DNA of 64,000 nucleotides from Cyanidioschyzon merolae (lineage: Eukaryota), in NCBI GenBank assembly GCA_000091205.1, contig AP006493.2; one strand, given 5' to 3'. Below are positions 44,751 to 56,060 of the stretch, piece after piece. The notes under the pieces were generated by a model. The model did not search any database and was not told where the DNA came from. It worked only from the letters and a program-made list of their open reading frames with translations. Each line of letters starts with the position of its first letter. Positions within the stretch are counted from its first letter, which is position 1. The translations under genes and the position numbers were made by a program.

Positions 44751-45433
44751 GAACAGTCTACGAATTACCCTTTCAGCGGCTTCGTATCCGCTCCCCAAAC
44801 ACATCGGCGGGCAAGTCGCTTGTTCCAGCTTCTACCGCGAACATACCGCCAGCTGTCTTCCGAAGTATCCGCCGAGATTGTTTCCAGAGTTGAGGTAGGT
44901 ACCCAAGGTAGGAGGTAAAACTGAGCCCGATCTCGAGGATGGGTACAGGATTTGCGCCCGAACTTGCAGCGTCGATTCTAGAGCAGCGGATAACTACTCA
45001 GAATTCCCTTCAACATTCTCTGCTGCTGCTGCCTTCTACCCTCCGTTCGTTGCGGTCAAGGTCCCTGGCGTGGGCTTCCTTCCCAGTCGCCCAAACACCT
45101 CGGTTTAACCCACTTTCAGAGCTCCTCCGGTAAAACTAGACCTCTTAGGCGGACGTAATGTGTGGGGCTTTAAGATAGTTGTTCTTTGATAAATAGTTTG
45201 TGACTGGTTTGTTTTGTTGTTTTCCTATTCCGCCCGGTGCATTCGATGCAGGCTTTGGCGCGGCCGCACACCCGTTCGACTGCAAAACGGATTCATTCTT
45301 AAGGTCTATCTACTTTTGGAAATAGTTTGGAACGGTGCCGCAAGGCCCCAGTGGTGTCGTGCCAGCGTTGAACAGGTACCTGCCCACAGTCGAGAACTCC
45401 GAGCACCAGCATATACGCTCGAGTTTGACGCAA

Positions 45434-47770
45434 ATGTGTGGCATATTTGCCTATGTGGTCTACGGAGTGGAGCGCTCCCGAGACGACATCGCTGCAGTGC
45501 TGGTGAACGGGTTACGGCGCTTAGAGTACCGTGGCTACGACTCGGCTGGGATCGCGTTGGACGATATTGTAAATCCTTCAACTGGCGAGCGTAAGCCTTT
45601 GGTGATCAAAGGACCTGGCAGCGTGGGCTGTCTGGCGGAACAAGTAGCAACGGCGTTGCGCTCGAGTCCGAACTTCAAGGTCAGGCAGCACGTGGGTCTG
45701 GCGCATACGCGTTGGGCAACGCACGGCGCCCCCAGCGTCGAGAATAGTCATCCACAGGCTTCGGGACCTGAAAACGAGTTTCTCGTGGTGCATAATGGAA
45801 TAATCACCAACTATGCTGCGCTGAAGCAGGTTCTCGGGAAACGCGGCTACCAGTTTGTCTCGGAAACTGACACCGAAGTCGTTGCAGTGCTTCTGAAACA
45901 CCTCTATCTAGAGATGAAAGCTGTGTGCGATACAGTCTCTTTCCCAAGGCTCGTGATGCTCATGATGCACGAACTGGAAGGAGCGTATGCGTTAGCGATT
46001 CGATCACAGTTCTTTCCTGGCGAGCTGGTTGCGTGCAAGCGTGGTTCTCCACTCGTGCTCGGGATCGCGTACCATGACGGCGAACAGGTACACCTCGTCC
46101 AGCACAGCGAGCCGGCAAAAACTGATGCTTCAAGATCGCCAGCATCGACACCAGGTGCAGTGGAGAGCGAAGGAACGACGCGAGCGGCGATGTCCGCAGC
46201 AGAAACGGCGACCGCGAATGGACGCTTTGAATCCTCTGCTGTGGCCGCTGCCCGACAACGTGACGGACTAGAACCGGCATCTTCAGGCAGCGTCGCCAAG
46301 AGTACTGGAGGTAGGTGCTTCCGTCGCCGGACCCCGCGTCGCCACTCGATCGATTTCAAAGTCGCACAAGTGAATCTCGACTGTGAACTGCCGCACGGAT
46401 TCAGCTTCAATACTAGTACATCGGCACCGGACTCAGGAATGGGCGAAAGAGCGGGGGGTGTAGAGCTCTTTTTTGCATCAGATGTGAGCGCACTTGTGGA
46501 ACATACCCGTGAAGTGGTTGTGCTTGAAGATAACGATGTCGTCCATGCCAGCGCAGACGGATCGGTGGATATCTTTTCTTTTCTAGATGCGGAATCGCAG
46601 TCGCTGTTGACGCAAACACGTGCGCTTTGTACACTTGATATAGAGTTGGAACAGATTGAACGTGGTCGCTTCGAGCATTTTATGCTGAAAGAGATCTTTG
46701 AACAGCCTGAGAGCATCCGAGGAACAATGCGCGGCCGCGTGCAACCCGCGACGGGAACTGTACTGCTCGGTGGCTTACGCGAACGCCTCGATGACCTTGT
46801 TCGCAGTAACCGCTTGATATTTGTGGGTTGTGGAACCAGCTACCATGCGGCACTTGCATGTCGGCAACTTGTCGAACAGCTGACCGAACTTCCCGTCTCC
46901 GTGGAGCTGTCCAGCGATTTTTTGGATCGCGCTTGTCCGCTCTTTCGCTCCGACGTTTGCGTTTTCGTAAGCCAATCCGGGGAGACGGCAGACACCCTTG
47001 AGGCACTCCGGTACGCCAAACGACGACATGCACTAACAGTCGGTGTTGTCAACGTCGTCGGGTCTGCTATCGCCCGCATAACGGATTGCGGTGTCCACCT
47101 GAATGCGGGTTGCGAGATTGGAGTCGCATCCACGAAATCGTATACTTCGCAGATCGTCGCTATTATTATGATCGCGCTTTTGCTGAGCGCTGATCGTTTG
47201 AGCAAGCAAACTCGGCGAAGAGAGATTATTGACGGACTTGCCGCGTTGCCAACCGCAATTGAACGGGTGCTGATGCTGAATGATAAGTTGAGAATGTTGG
47301 CTGTAGGGGTCTTGCGGGACGCGGTATCCATTCTAGTGTGCGGTCGTGGGTACCAGTACGCTACGTGTCTTGAGGCAGCACTCAAAATCAAAGAGGTCAG
47401 TTATATTCACACCGAGGGTATTCACGCAGGCGAACTGAAGCATGGACCCCTGGCTCTAATCGATCAGGAAATGCCAATGATAGTCTTTGCGACTCGCGAT
47501 AACGGCTATGAGGCGATCTGTAACGCGGTGCACCAGCTTCTGGCGCGTGGAAACCCACAGCGCATGATTGTTGTATGCAGCGAGGGCGACGGCCATTTCT
47601 TTCAGGGCTTAGGTGTTGGTACCACGCTTGAAGTTCCGCACACTGCAGACTGCCTCCAAGGTGTCGTGAACATCGTTCCAATGCAGTTGATTGCCTATCA
47701 TCTCGCAGTTGCGCGAGGTTTAAATGTGGATCAACCACGCAATTTGGCGAAATCGGTTACGGTGCAATAG
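45434..47770 (+). CDS. GFA1: Glutamine:fructose-6-phosphate amidotransferase (GFAT; glucosamine-6-phosphate synthase) with low-complexity insertion
   Basis: N-terminal 'MCGIFAY' (Ntn Cys after Met), 'RLEYRGYDSAGIA' and 'AHTRWATHG' glutaminase motifs. Two SIS domains ('GCGTSYHAA', 'VFVSQSGETADT', 'SIAR', 'VASTKSYTSQ'). The C-terminal 'RNLAKSVTVQ' matches the GFAT tail. The upstream in-frame Met at 45335 is unlikely to be the true start. A ~90-aa Ser/Ala-rich insert lies between the domains. Confidence 0.9.
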   Translation: MCGIFAYVVYGVERSRDDIAAVLVNGLRRLEYRGYDSAGIALDDIVNPSTGERKPLVIKGPGSVGCLAEQVATALRSSPNFKVRQHVGLAHTRWATHGAPSVENSHPQASGPENEFLVVHNGIITNYAALKQVLGKRGYQFVSETDTEVVAVLLKHLYLEMKAVCDTVSFPRLVMLMMHELEGAYALAIRSQFFPGELVACKRGSPLVLGIAYHDGEQVHLVQHSEPAKTDASRSPASTPGAVESEGTTRAAMSAAETATANGRFESSAVAAARQRDGLEPASSGSVAKSTGGRCFRRRTPRRHSIDFKVAQVNLDCELPHGFSFNTSTSAPDSGMGERAGGVELFFASDVSALVEHTREVVVLEDNDVVHASADGSVDIFSFLDAESQSLLTQTRALCTLDIELEQIERGRFEHFMLKEIFEQPESIRGTMRGRVQPATGTVLLGGLRERLDDLVRSNRLIFVGCGTSYHAALACRQLVEQLTELPVSVELSSDFLDRACPLFRSDVCVFVSQSGETADTLEALRYAKRRHALTVGVVNVVGSAIARITDCGVHLNAGCEIGVASTKSYTSQIVAIIMIALLLSADRLSKQTRRREIIDGLAALPTAIERVLMLNDKLRMLAVGVLRDAVSILVCGRGYQYATCLEAALKIKEVSYIHTEGIHAGELKHGPLALIDQEMPMIVFATRDNGYEAICNAVHQLLARGNPQRMIVVCSEGDGHFFQGLGVGTTLEVPHTADCLQGVVNIVPMQLIAYHLAVARGLNVDQPRNLAKSVTVQ

Positions 47771-47906
47771 ACTTAAAGTTCTACAGTGCGGGAAAATCGT
47801 TCTGCTGCCACTGCTGCCGATCGACTAGATCCATGTCTGTATGGAAGGAAACGGATGCACTCGAGTAACTGGGGTGTACAAACTGAAGTTTAAGCGTCAA
47901 GTCAAT

Positions 47907-50900
47907 GTCACGAAAGCCATCCCATGGCAGCTTTTGCTGCGGCTGATCGCTTTTCCTCTCTCTTAGCTCCGGGCTGGAATACGCCGGTCTCTACTTTCTT
48001 TCCAGCACTGTTGTAGGCTGTCGAGGGATGCTAATCGCGGCGTTGGGGTCGCAGTTTCACAGGTTCCGGCAGTTGCCTGCGTATTCGATGTACAGGCGGA
48101 GGTTGCGATTGACGGATCGCTTGCCGTTTTCTTCGTTTCCTAGAATTCAGTACTGGTGCGCGCCTCGTAGCGGTTAACCTGGTTGTGTTCAGATATTCCC
48201 GTATGTGTTCACGAGCTCGCATTCCCTGGGAGCCGACCTGCAGCATGCGAGCGCTTGCTGCATCCCTCCGTAGCTGTCGTTGACGGGTACAGAAGGCTCT
48301 ACGCGATGCCTTGCTCCGTTTTCGCGCCCAGTGCTGTGCCCCGTGATCATGCACTTGCTCTTCTGGACGACTTCTTGTGCGAGTGCGCTGCCCGCTGCAC
48401 TCGCAAGCGCACGCTATTCCATTCGGTACCTCAACAACCGATTCCTTGTGCGCTCTTGCTTTCCTGCGTTCCCTTCCCACAAACTGTGCAGATGAGCGTG
48501 ACGGGCCATCAGGTCCGATTGTGCCACATGCTTGTGATAATGCCGCCAAGGCTACTGGGACTCTCTCCTGTCTCACTCGTTTGCGCGTCGGACGAGTGCC
48601 TCACTCGCTCACCGTCCGCTTAGGCGAACATATGAGGTACTCGAGTCCAAGCTACGACTTTGAGCGGGAATCGGCGTGTTCGAGACTCGCGGCTCCAGTG
48701 CGTCGTCGGTGACCACAGGCAAGTCGGGCATCCCTTCGGATCTCGCAATCATCGTGAAGGTTCAGGGACCCGGTCTCTTTGGGTCCAAGTTGAGGCCGAT
48801 CGCATTGGGGAGCAAGTTCGCGCCGCCGCGCATCCCAGTTGTTCGTTGTTCATCCACACATTTCCCCCTCTAACCAGGGTGCATCTGCACCCTGACGATT
48901 CTTCAGTCGTATAGAGCGTTCGCGCTTGACGGCGATGGACACACTCGCGCTATCGGAAGCGAACGACGACTCTACTTCTCCTGTTGGAAGCGCGAAGCTC
49001 CGGTTCCTCCGGTCTCCCTTCGCCTCCGCGCCCTCCTGCGCGCTCCGTCGCTTCTCGCTCGTCAAGCGGTTCATGAGTTTCTTCGAATCTTCGGGTGCGG
49101 GCGCATAGTTCGCTGTCTGGGCTTGCACCTAGCGATCAGCCTCTCTTCCTCTTCCTCGACACACTTGTTCTCCATCGGACGCATCTGCGTAACCCTCGCG
49201 CGGCGTCACGATCCACGACAAAGCGAAAAAGTGTGCTTGCTGGCAGTGCCACGAGCCACGGAGACGTGCGTTCGTAAAAGCCGCGTACTCCTCCCCTGAC
49301 GGAGGCTCTGGACCGGCACGCTGGGTGCAGACGCGCCATCGCATTCGTGGGTGCGTTAGTCGCATGCGACAGGTCCATCTTCGAGACAACGTCCTCGTCG
49401 CGAAGGGCCAGATGACGGACATTCATCATGGTCTCCCAATCCTTCGAGCCGACTGGCTGCAATGAAGCGTCGGTCATGAAGAGCTCCTTCATACCGCCCA
49501 TGCCGGTCGCCGAGTCGTCGCACTTTCGCCTCCACCCCATAGAATCTTTCACGTGCCGGTGGAGGTGTATGCTCACCCTTCTCAGCGTCACTGTGCGTAT
49601 CATTCCCCGTACCCATTCGTATTATCTGGGGCGCTTTGAGTCACCAAGCGAGAGAGGCCCTCGACGCTCCCAATGCTGTCCAGCTTGGGAGCCGACGTCC
49701 GTGCGTCGCCGATGAAGGCTAGTTGCGGGTCAAGTCTGCCTGGTGCGCACTCGGGGACAACTAGGACGAAAAGCTTATCGGTGTCAGCTGCGCTTCTACA
49801 AAGTGCTGGACGTTTCCAAAGACCTCGGCACACTCGAAGCACGCGGACTTGAGTTTGAGGCAAGCGTGTCGCCGGAGCTTGCTGCAAAGAACCACCAGGT
49901 ACATGTCGCGTGCCACGTGTTCCGGTGGGAGCACGCACGTTCCAAGCTGGCACTGAACGACCGCCGTTTCCGGCAGTAACGATGAGCGCCGCTCCTCGTC
50001 CGTGAACACACCCAAGCGAAGCGTTCCGTTCAGGAAACCGCCCCGTCCGAGACTGGCGAGCTCGTCTGGAAGCGGTACGCATCTCTTTTCGTTACGCTCT
50101 TGGACGATTTTCGTCCAACTACACAGTCGTTTCTCTGAGACCTCTCGTGTGCGGCGGTTGTGTGCCTCCGTCGATAAGCATGCCGTATAACTAAAGTATT
50201 TATACCTTGTTTTTCTCTTCGTACTACTTCGGAATTCCACGAACCGCAATCGTCAGCGAGTTTCCCTATACAAACTCCAACAGGTCCATTGGTCTGAACG
50301 GCAGTTCCTCGAGCACTGGGCATCAGTTCGTGTCGAGAGCGAGCCGCGTTATCCCGAAGCGTGCATCGGCCTCTCTGAGGCTGCGTTTGACGGCCCCGCA
50401 ACCGTTCTCCATCGGTTTGAAACACAGAGCATAAGCTGGTGTGTGCGTGTGCAGGATGACCAATGCCCGCTCTTTGCTGTTTGCCGAATAGAAGGGAATT
50501 CGTGGAACGCGTTGCTGTCTATGATGAAACACGCAGTGGCTGGAGTGGAACTCCAGATTCGCGACGCAGCGTAGAAACGTCGATCCGTCGGCGCTCCTGC
50601 CGTGCCGCTAAGCGATGACGCACTTGCCACCGGAATCCATCGCTGCGATGACTGCAGTCCGCGTCCAGCACCCTTTCCCATGCGAACAGAAGAGACGCGA
50701 GCCTCTGGGAGCGGATCCCACGGGCGGGAATGTGGTTGTGGTGGTGGTGCTGCTGCTCCTGCTGCTGCTGCTGATTTCGGGTCCCTTCTCTTCGATGGCC
50801 ACGGAGCGGGCTGGAATTGTCTTTCGGGCGGGATCGATTGCTTAACGTGACGAGCTCATTGAGCTTTCGGCGGGAGCGTGTGGAGAAGTCACCAAGGGAT

Positions 50901-51299
50901 GGCGCCGCGCTCCTTTTCTCGTCGGGTCGGCAGCGCGAATCGTTGCGCCTACGAGTTGCGTCGCGACTGAAATGACGAAAACTCGAAGAATACGTGATTC
51001 GAGCGTGATAGACGTAAGGAAAGGAGGAGCGTGGCGGTCACTCACATGAACAGGACGGTGATATCGAATATTTTTTTGAAATCTTTTTTTAGGACGCCGC
51101 ATTTCGTCTTGATTCCAGAGCCGTAACGAGCTGCAGTTGTGAAGCATTGAACGAGCCATTGCGAAAAGACAACCTAGAGTCGGAGAACGGACCGTGAATC
51201 CGAAATTCCTTATTATTGGACTTTGAACGTCTAGGATGTGTATCTATAAATTTTCAGGAGGAAATTGAAAGATAGAAACATGTCGAACCGCTTAGTGCT
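47907..51299. repeat. Left arm of a 3,393-bp long inverted repeat (~98-99% identical to 58707-62099)
   Basis: The coordinate sum is constant (x + x' = 110006) for mirrored ORF pairs (48031..48576 vs 61430..61975; 50842..51159 vs 58847..59164) and for hand-checked end sequences (cgaaagccatcccatgg… vs …ccatgggatggctttc). Protein-level differences of 7 in 181 aa imply ~1.5% nucleotide divergence. Confidence 0.85.
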
Positions 51300-51945
51300 T
51301 TATTTCCAGATGACGCGAACGTTGGAATGCGCAGTGCAGCGCACGGAGAGCCGCGCCTGCGCACCGATTGCCTGCTGCGCTCGGTGACGTGTCTAGCACG
51401 CATCGCGCTCTTTGCACGCATCTCGGCGCATGCGTGTAACATAACATTTGCACGCTTGTTGTTGCGTAAAACTTCCGTTTTAAAGTTGTTTTTCTATTTT
51501 TGGAGTTCCTTGCTTGGGCGATGCGTTGCTCTGAACATGAAAAACTGGCAAGAATTTCAGGTATTTTGGTCGACCCACGTTTATCGCGAACGTGGGTCAC
51601 GAAACGCTCGCGACGAGTGCGTGGTACGGCCCGAGGTAACGTGCGACACAGAACGTACAGCAGTGGTGTGTTGCACTGGTTTGGTTGAGTTGTTTCGGCA
51701 ATTTCTGTCCTTAATCGTTTGCGCCAGGCATCTCGGGCCTCTTGGCGTCTATCTTTAGAAATATGCTTTCACACGGGAAACTGAACTTCGCTTGAACAAA
51801 AACAGCGCTTTCAATGCTGAAAAAGCTGCTCGAGGCGCTTTGCTTTGTTTCCTCGGTACCTCGGTAAGATTTTCTTATCCTTAGACTAGTTCACCCAAAC
51901 TTCATGGTGGTTGCTGGCTGGGGGCCGATCATCTTTCAAGGCGGA

Positions 51946-54382
51946 CTACGAGTCTTTCCTTGTCACTGGATTCATACCTGTTACGGAATTGCCGCCGCCG
52001 CTGCCCATTGGGCCGCCAGAGTTTTGCCCACCGAGGCCACCTCCAGTACCAGATCCGCTAGACATATCCGGTGCGTTCGGACGGGTCGGTGGTGCTTGCG
52101 TTTGCGGTGGTGGTGGTGGTGTAGGCTGCTTCGGTGGCGCCAATATGGGAGCCTGTGGTGCTGTAGGCCCATCCCCATTCATCATTTGTTGCCCATTTCT
52201 GGGGCCGTTGCCGCCACCGCTGCCTATTGATCCGCCAGAGTTTTGCCCACCGAGGCCACCTCCAGTACCGGATCCGCTAGACATATCCGGTGCGTTCGGA
52301 CGGGTCGGTGGTGCTTGCGTTTGCGGTGGTGGTGGTGGTGTAGGCTGCTTCGGTGGCGCCAATATGGGAGCCTGTGGTGCTGTAGGCCCATCCCCATTCA
52401 TCATTTGTTGCCCATTTCTGGGGCCGTTGCCGCCACCGCTGCCTATTTGTGCGCCAGAGTTTTGCCCACCGAGGCCACCTCCAGTACCAGATCCGCTAGA
52501 CCCGTCCAGCAGATTTGGCTGAGGCTGTGGTGTGTGCTGATGTGGTGGTGGTGTTGGCGGCTTCGGTTGCGTTGGTGTTGGAGCCTGTGGCGCTGTAGCC
52601 CCGTTCTCATTCATCATTTGTTGCCCATTTCTGGGGCCGTTGCCGCCACCGCTGCCTATTTGTGCGCCAGAGTTTTGCCCACCGAGGCCACCTCCAGTAC
52701 CAGATCCGCTAGACCCGTCCAGCAGATTTGGCTGAGGCTGTGGTGTGTGCTGATGTGGTGGTGGTGTTGGCGGCTTCGGTTGCGTTGGTGTTGGAGCCTG
52801 TGGCGCTGTAGCCCCGTTCTCATTCATCATTTGTTGCCCATTTCTGGGGCCGTTGCCGCCACCGCTGCCTATTTGTGCGCCAGAGTTTTGCCCACCGAGG
52901 CCACCTCCAGTACCAGATCCGCTAGACCCGTCCAGCAGATTTGGCTGAGGCTGTGGTGTGTGCTGATGTGGTGGTGGTGTTGGCGGCTTCGGTTGCGTTG
53001 GTGTTGGAGCCTGTGGCGCTGTAGCCCCGTTCTCATTCATCATTTGTTGCCCATTTCTGGGGCCGTTGCCGCCACCGCTGCCTATTTGTGCGCCAGAGTT
53101 TTGCCCACCGAGGCCACCTCCAGTACCAGATCCGCTAGACCCGTCCAGCAGATTCGGCTGAGGCTGTGGTGTGTGCCGATGTGGTGGTGGTGTCGGCGGC
53201 TCCGTAGTCGGTGTAGGCGGCTTAGTCATTGGCGTTGGCGGCTCCGTAGTCGGTGTTGGCGGCTTCGTAGTCGGCGTTGGCGGCTTCGTAGTCGGTGTCG
53301 GCGGCTTCGTAGTCGGCGTTGTCGTGCCTAGTCGTCGGTGTCGGCGGCTTAGTAGTCGGCGTAGGCGGCTTAGTAGTCGGTGTAGGCGGCTTAGTAGTCG
53401 GCGTAGGCGGCTTAGTAGTCGGCGTAGGCGGCTTAGTAGTCGGCGTAGGCGGCTTAGTAGTCGGTGTAGGCGGCTTCGTAGTCGGTGTAGGCGGCTTAGT
53501 AGTTGGCGTCGGCGGCTTCGTAGTCGGTGTAGGCGGCTTAGTCGTCGGTGTTGGCGGCTTAGTCGTTGGCGTCGGCGGCTTAGTCGTCGGCGTTAATGTT
53601 GGTGTCGGCGTTGGTATTATTGTAATCGGTGGCATTGGTGTCGGTATCTGCGTAGTAGTCGGCGTTGGAGGTATCGTTGGCTTGACTATTATGATCGTTG
53701 GTGTTTGCGTTGGTGTTTGAATGGAAAATACCTCCTGATGACATACACGTTTCACTTCTTTGCAGATGATTGTACAAGCTGGCTGAGCGGGGCTCTTCGA
53801 CGCAACAGTTCCCTGAACTTTTCCCAGAGTAGTCTTCTGTGGTGTGCTAGGTATCCACCTATCCGAAACTGGAACCTTCCCTGATACGTCCTTCTGTGGT
53901 CCAAACACCAACGAGCACTTTTCCTCTGCTGTGAAGCTTTCAACGCACACTCGACAGATATTCTTCAGTGCATACATCTCGCACACTGTTTGGTTCTTAT
54001 AGATGCATTTCTGGTAACAGTCATTTGGAGCATGAACTGGCACGTTCCCTTTCCTCACATTTGTGTATCCTTCTGTCCTTGCATTCTTTGAAAGCCCATA
54101 CTTTTCCTTGGGCGAGGCGTTCTCGAAGTTCGAGCTCGCTGGACAAATCCAGACTTTCTTCTCACAGACTTTCACTACTGCCTCTTCAATGCAGACTTGC
54201 TCCAGACGGCAGTCTTCGATCGTGATCAAAGGCTGGCAGTAGTCCAGGTTGCGTTGGAGCGAGTTTCGTGCCGGCGAAACTTCGCTCCAAGTTTCTCGTT
54301 GGATACCATTGGTAAGCACAGCGCTGTTTAGGTACAAAAGAATGAGCAGCCAAAAGATCCCAACTGAAACAAAGCTTCTCAT
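51946..54382 (-). CDS. Large secreted mucin-like protein (family member B): signal peptide, Cys-pattern domain, (TTKPPTPT)n repeats, then Gly/Pro/Gln-rich 71-73-aa repeats; apparent +1 frameshift at ~53320-53335
   Basis: ORF 53222..54382 has a signal peptide (FVSVGIFWLLILLYLNSAVL), 'KVCEKKVWIC' and 'CYQKCIYKNQTVCEMYALKNICRVCVESFTAEEKC', then TTKPPTPT x ~10. ORF 51946..53229 starts in the same TTKPPTP reading ('MTKPPTPTTEPP…') and both frames stay open across the junction. A divergent repeat unit 'cacgacaacgcc' (12 nt versus the expected 11) produces the frame change. Confidence 0.55.
52000..53200. repeat. Tandem repeats inside mucin-like gene B: 213-bp unit x ~3.5 (52440-53190) and 219-bp unit x 2 (52000-52440), encoding 71/73-aa Gly/Pro/Gln-rich modules
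   Basis: Period measured directly: 'gcctatttgtgcgccagag' at 52441 and 52654 (213 bp); 'ttttgcccaccgaggccacc' at 52022 and 52241 (219 bp). The protein modules are '…NLLDGSSGSGTGGGLGGQNSGAQIGSGGGNGPRNGQQMMNENGATAPQAPTPTQPKPPTPPPHQHTPQPQP' (71 aa) and the 73-aa variant 'DMSSGSGTGGGLGGQNSGGSIGSGGGNGPRNGQQMMNGDGPTAPQAPILAPPKQPTPPPPPQTQAPPTRPNAP'. Confidence 0.8.
53230..53600. repeat. 24-nt tandem repeat array (ggcggcttagtagtcggcgtaggc)n encoding (TTKPPTPT)n on the minus strand
   Basis: More than 11 near-identical 24-nt units are visible in the sequence. They generate spurious G/V-rich ORFs on the plus strand (53171..53596, 53319..53720). Confidence 0.8.
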
Positions 54383-54750
54383 GGCTAACGAGCTTCTATT
54401 CTCAGAGAATGATGTACCCTTCCAAGTTCAGCAATATGTTTTCGTTATGAACTAAAATCCTGAGGTCAAAAACTCTGTGTTACCGTTGTCCACGGCCCAA
54501 GTCTATTAGGACTGAAAACAAAAAAAAAGATATGTGGTAGTGAGCGCCCCGGTGGTGAAGTAGAGACCTGCATCAGCTCGTTACCGCATAAAGTGCGGTA
54601 ATTCTCGCAACGCACGACATCGCGCGACAACGAATGAGGTATCCGCGACATGCACAGGGGTGCAACGATGAGTCTGCACCGTACGTAATGCCGATCTACG
54701 TCAAATGGATGGCTTTCGTTCCATGAAAATGATCTCATGCGCGTCGTTCA

Positions 54751-54798
54751 TCGCACAGAATGCATCGCACAGAATGCATCGCACAGAATGCATCGCAC
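54751..54798. repeat. Short tandem repeat, 14-bp unit (tcgcacagaatgca) x ~3.4
   Basis: Direct reading of 54751-54798. Confidence 0.7.
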
Positions 54799-55804
54799 GC
54801 GAGCGCCGGCGACGCGAATCGCGCGTGCTCCGCCTCGATGACACGTAGCTTATCGTTTTTACCGCACGCACGCTTGACCGCGAAATACCGTTGAGCAGGC
54901 CTCCGAATCGGGTGCGTATTTGACGCAAACTTGGACCGGCGCACAGATATTTGCACTTCTATCAAACCTTGCCCCTTAACTGCATTCCATCTCCAGGTGC
55001 AGAGATTCTGATGCGTTTTCGCGATTTGTAGCAGACGCGTTCGAAGTGCGATCGGTTCAAAAATAGAAAACATTGCAAAGGTACGGTATGGACACAGAAG
55101 TCGGGGATTCTGGAGGGCTCTCATCGCCAGCTGGTGGAAACAAAAGCCCCCGTCTCGTCGACCAACGCGGAATTTACGGATCTTGATCTTTGCAGCGTCG
55201 TTAGCTTGCTCTGAAACGTAGGCCCCAGCCTTTGGACAGCAAGCGAGGTTGCAGGCCGAATGCATCACTTGCGACCTGCTGTACTTTTGCCTGCCGATGT
55301 GCTGGTAGCGCCCCTCGACACTTGTTTAGAACGAAAAGCTGTGAGTGATTTCTCAGACAGTGCGCCCAAATTTTCCCTTCGCTAGGACACCGTCAATCAT
55401 AGTATAGGACTGAACGGAGCTGTTTCTATCAAAGGAATCGATATTCTATCACCAGTTTTTGGTAATAATGCTAGAAATGATAAAAATTTTAACGGAATCG
55501 CGAGCCGTCACGTAATTCACGGTTCTGTGCTCTGACCGAGGCTCGTGTACACCCGCAAAAGCTGTATGTATTTGTATCGTGATAGAATCAATCGACGTGC
55601 GATCACGTGCAAGAGGCTTCTCAGAAAATGGATTGCCGAATAGTGAATAAAGGATTCGCAATGGGGTAGCACCGGTGGCATCGCACAACCGGGATATCAA
55701 GAGAACGCCTTTCACGGAATAGAGAAAAGCTGCTGTTACGTGGTACTTTATATTGATTCACGAAATCTGCGTCACGAGAGGGAAACGTTGTCTAGTTTCA
55801 TGGA

Positions 55805-56060
55805 AGCCAATTCCTCGAGCCGACGCCCTCTGTGTGCTACGGCAACGCCGTTCTGTCTCCGTGCAGCGACCGCACCCGCGCTATAGGCGCCATTGCTGTC
55901 GCTTTCGGCAGGCTCGGCACAACATAGGACGTATGAAACGACCAGAATATCCGAGAAGAAGTAAAGGTAATGTAACTTGGAGGCAGGGCATTTGGCGGAT
56001 ACCTCATCGCGCACTGAATAAAACACAAAAAAGTAAGAAAAGAAAAAAGCGCAGAGTCGG
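55805..56060 (-). repeat. Dispersed ~330-bp repeat family, copy 3 (3'-diverged/truncated), located between the two mucin-like genes of the cassette core
   Basis: The reverse complement 'ctttttgtgttttattcag|tgcgcgatgaggtatcc…cctgcctccaagttac…tctcggatattctggtcgtttcatacgtcctat…agacagaacggcgttgccgtagcacacagagggcgtcggctcgagg' aligns with copy 2. Mirrored ORFs agree (PPSYITFTSSRIFWSFHTSY vs PPSYATQNFPRIFWSFHTSY). Confidence 0.5.

Noticed and set aside
52243-53720. Plus-strand ORFs 52243..53331 (362 aa), 53171..53596 and 53319..53720 (GGLVVGVGG repeats)
   Set aside because: These are mirror-frame artefacts of the 213/219-bp and 24-nt tandem repeats of the minus-strand mucin gene.
51946-54382. Treating 53222..54382 and 51946..53229 as two separate overlapping genes
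   Set aside because: The second ORF's first Met lies inside the continuing TTKPPTPT repeat frame of the first, and a single-base indel in one repeat unit explains the frame change. One frameshifted gene is the simpler reading.
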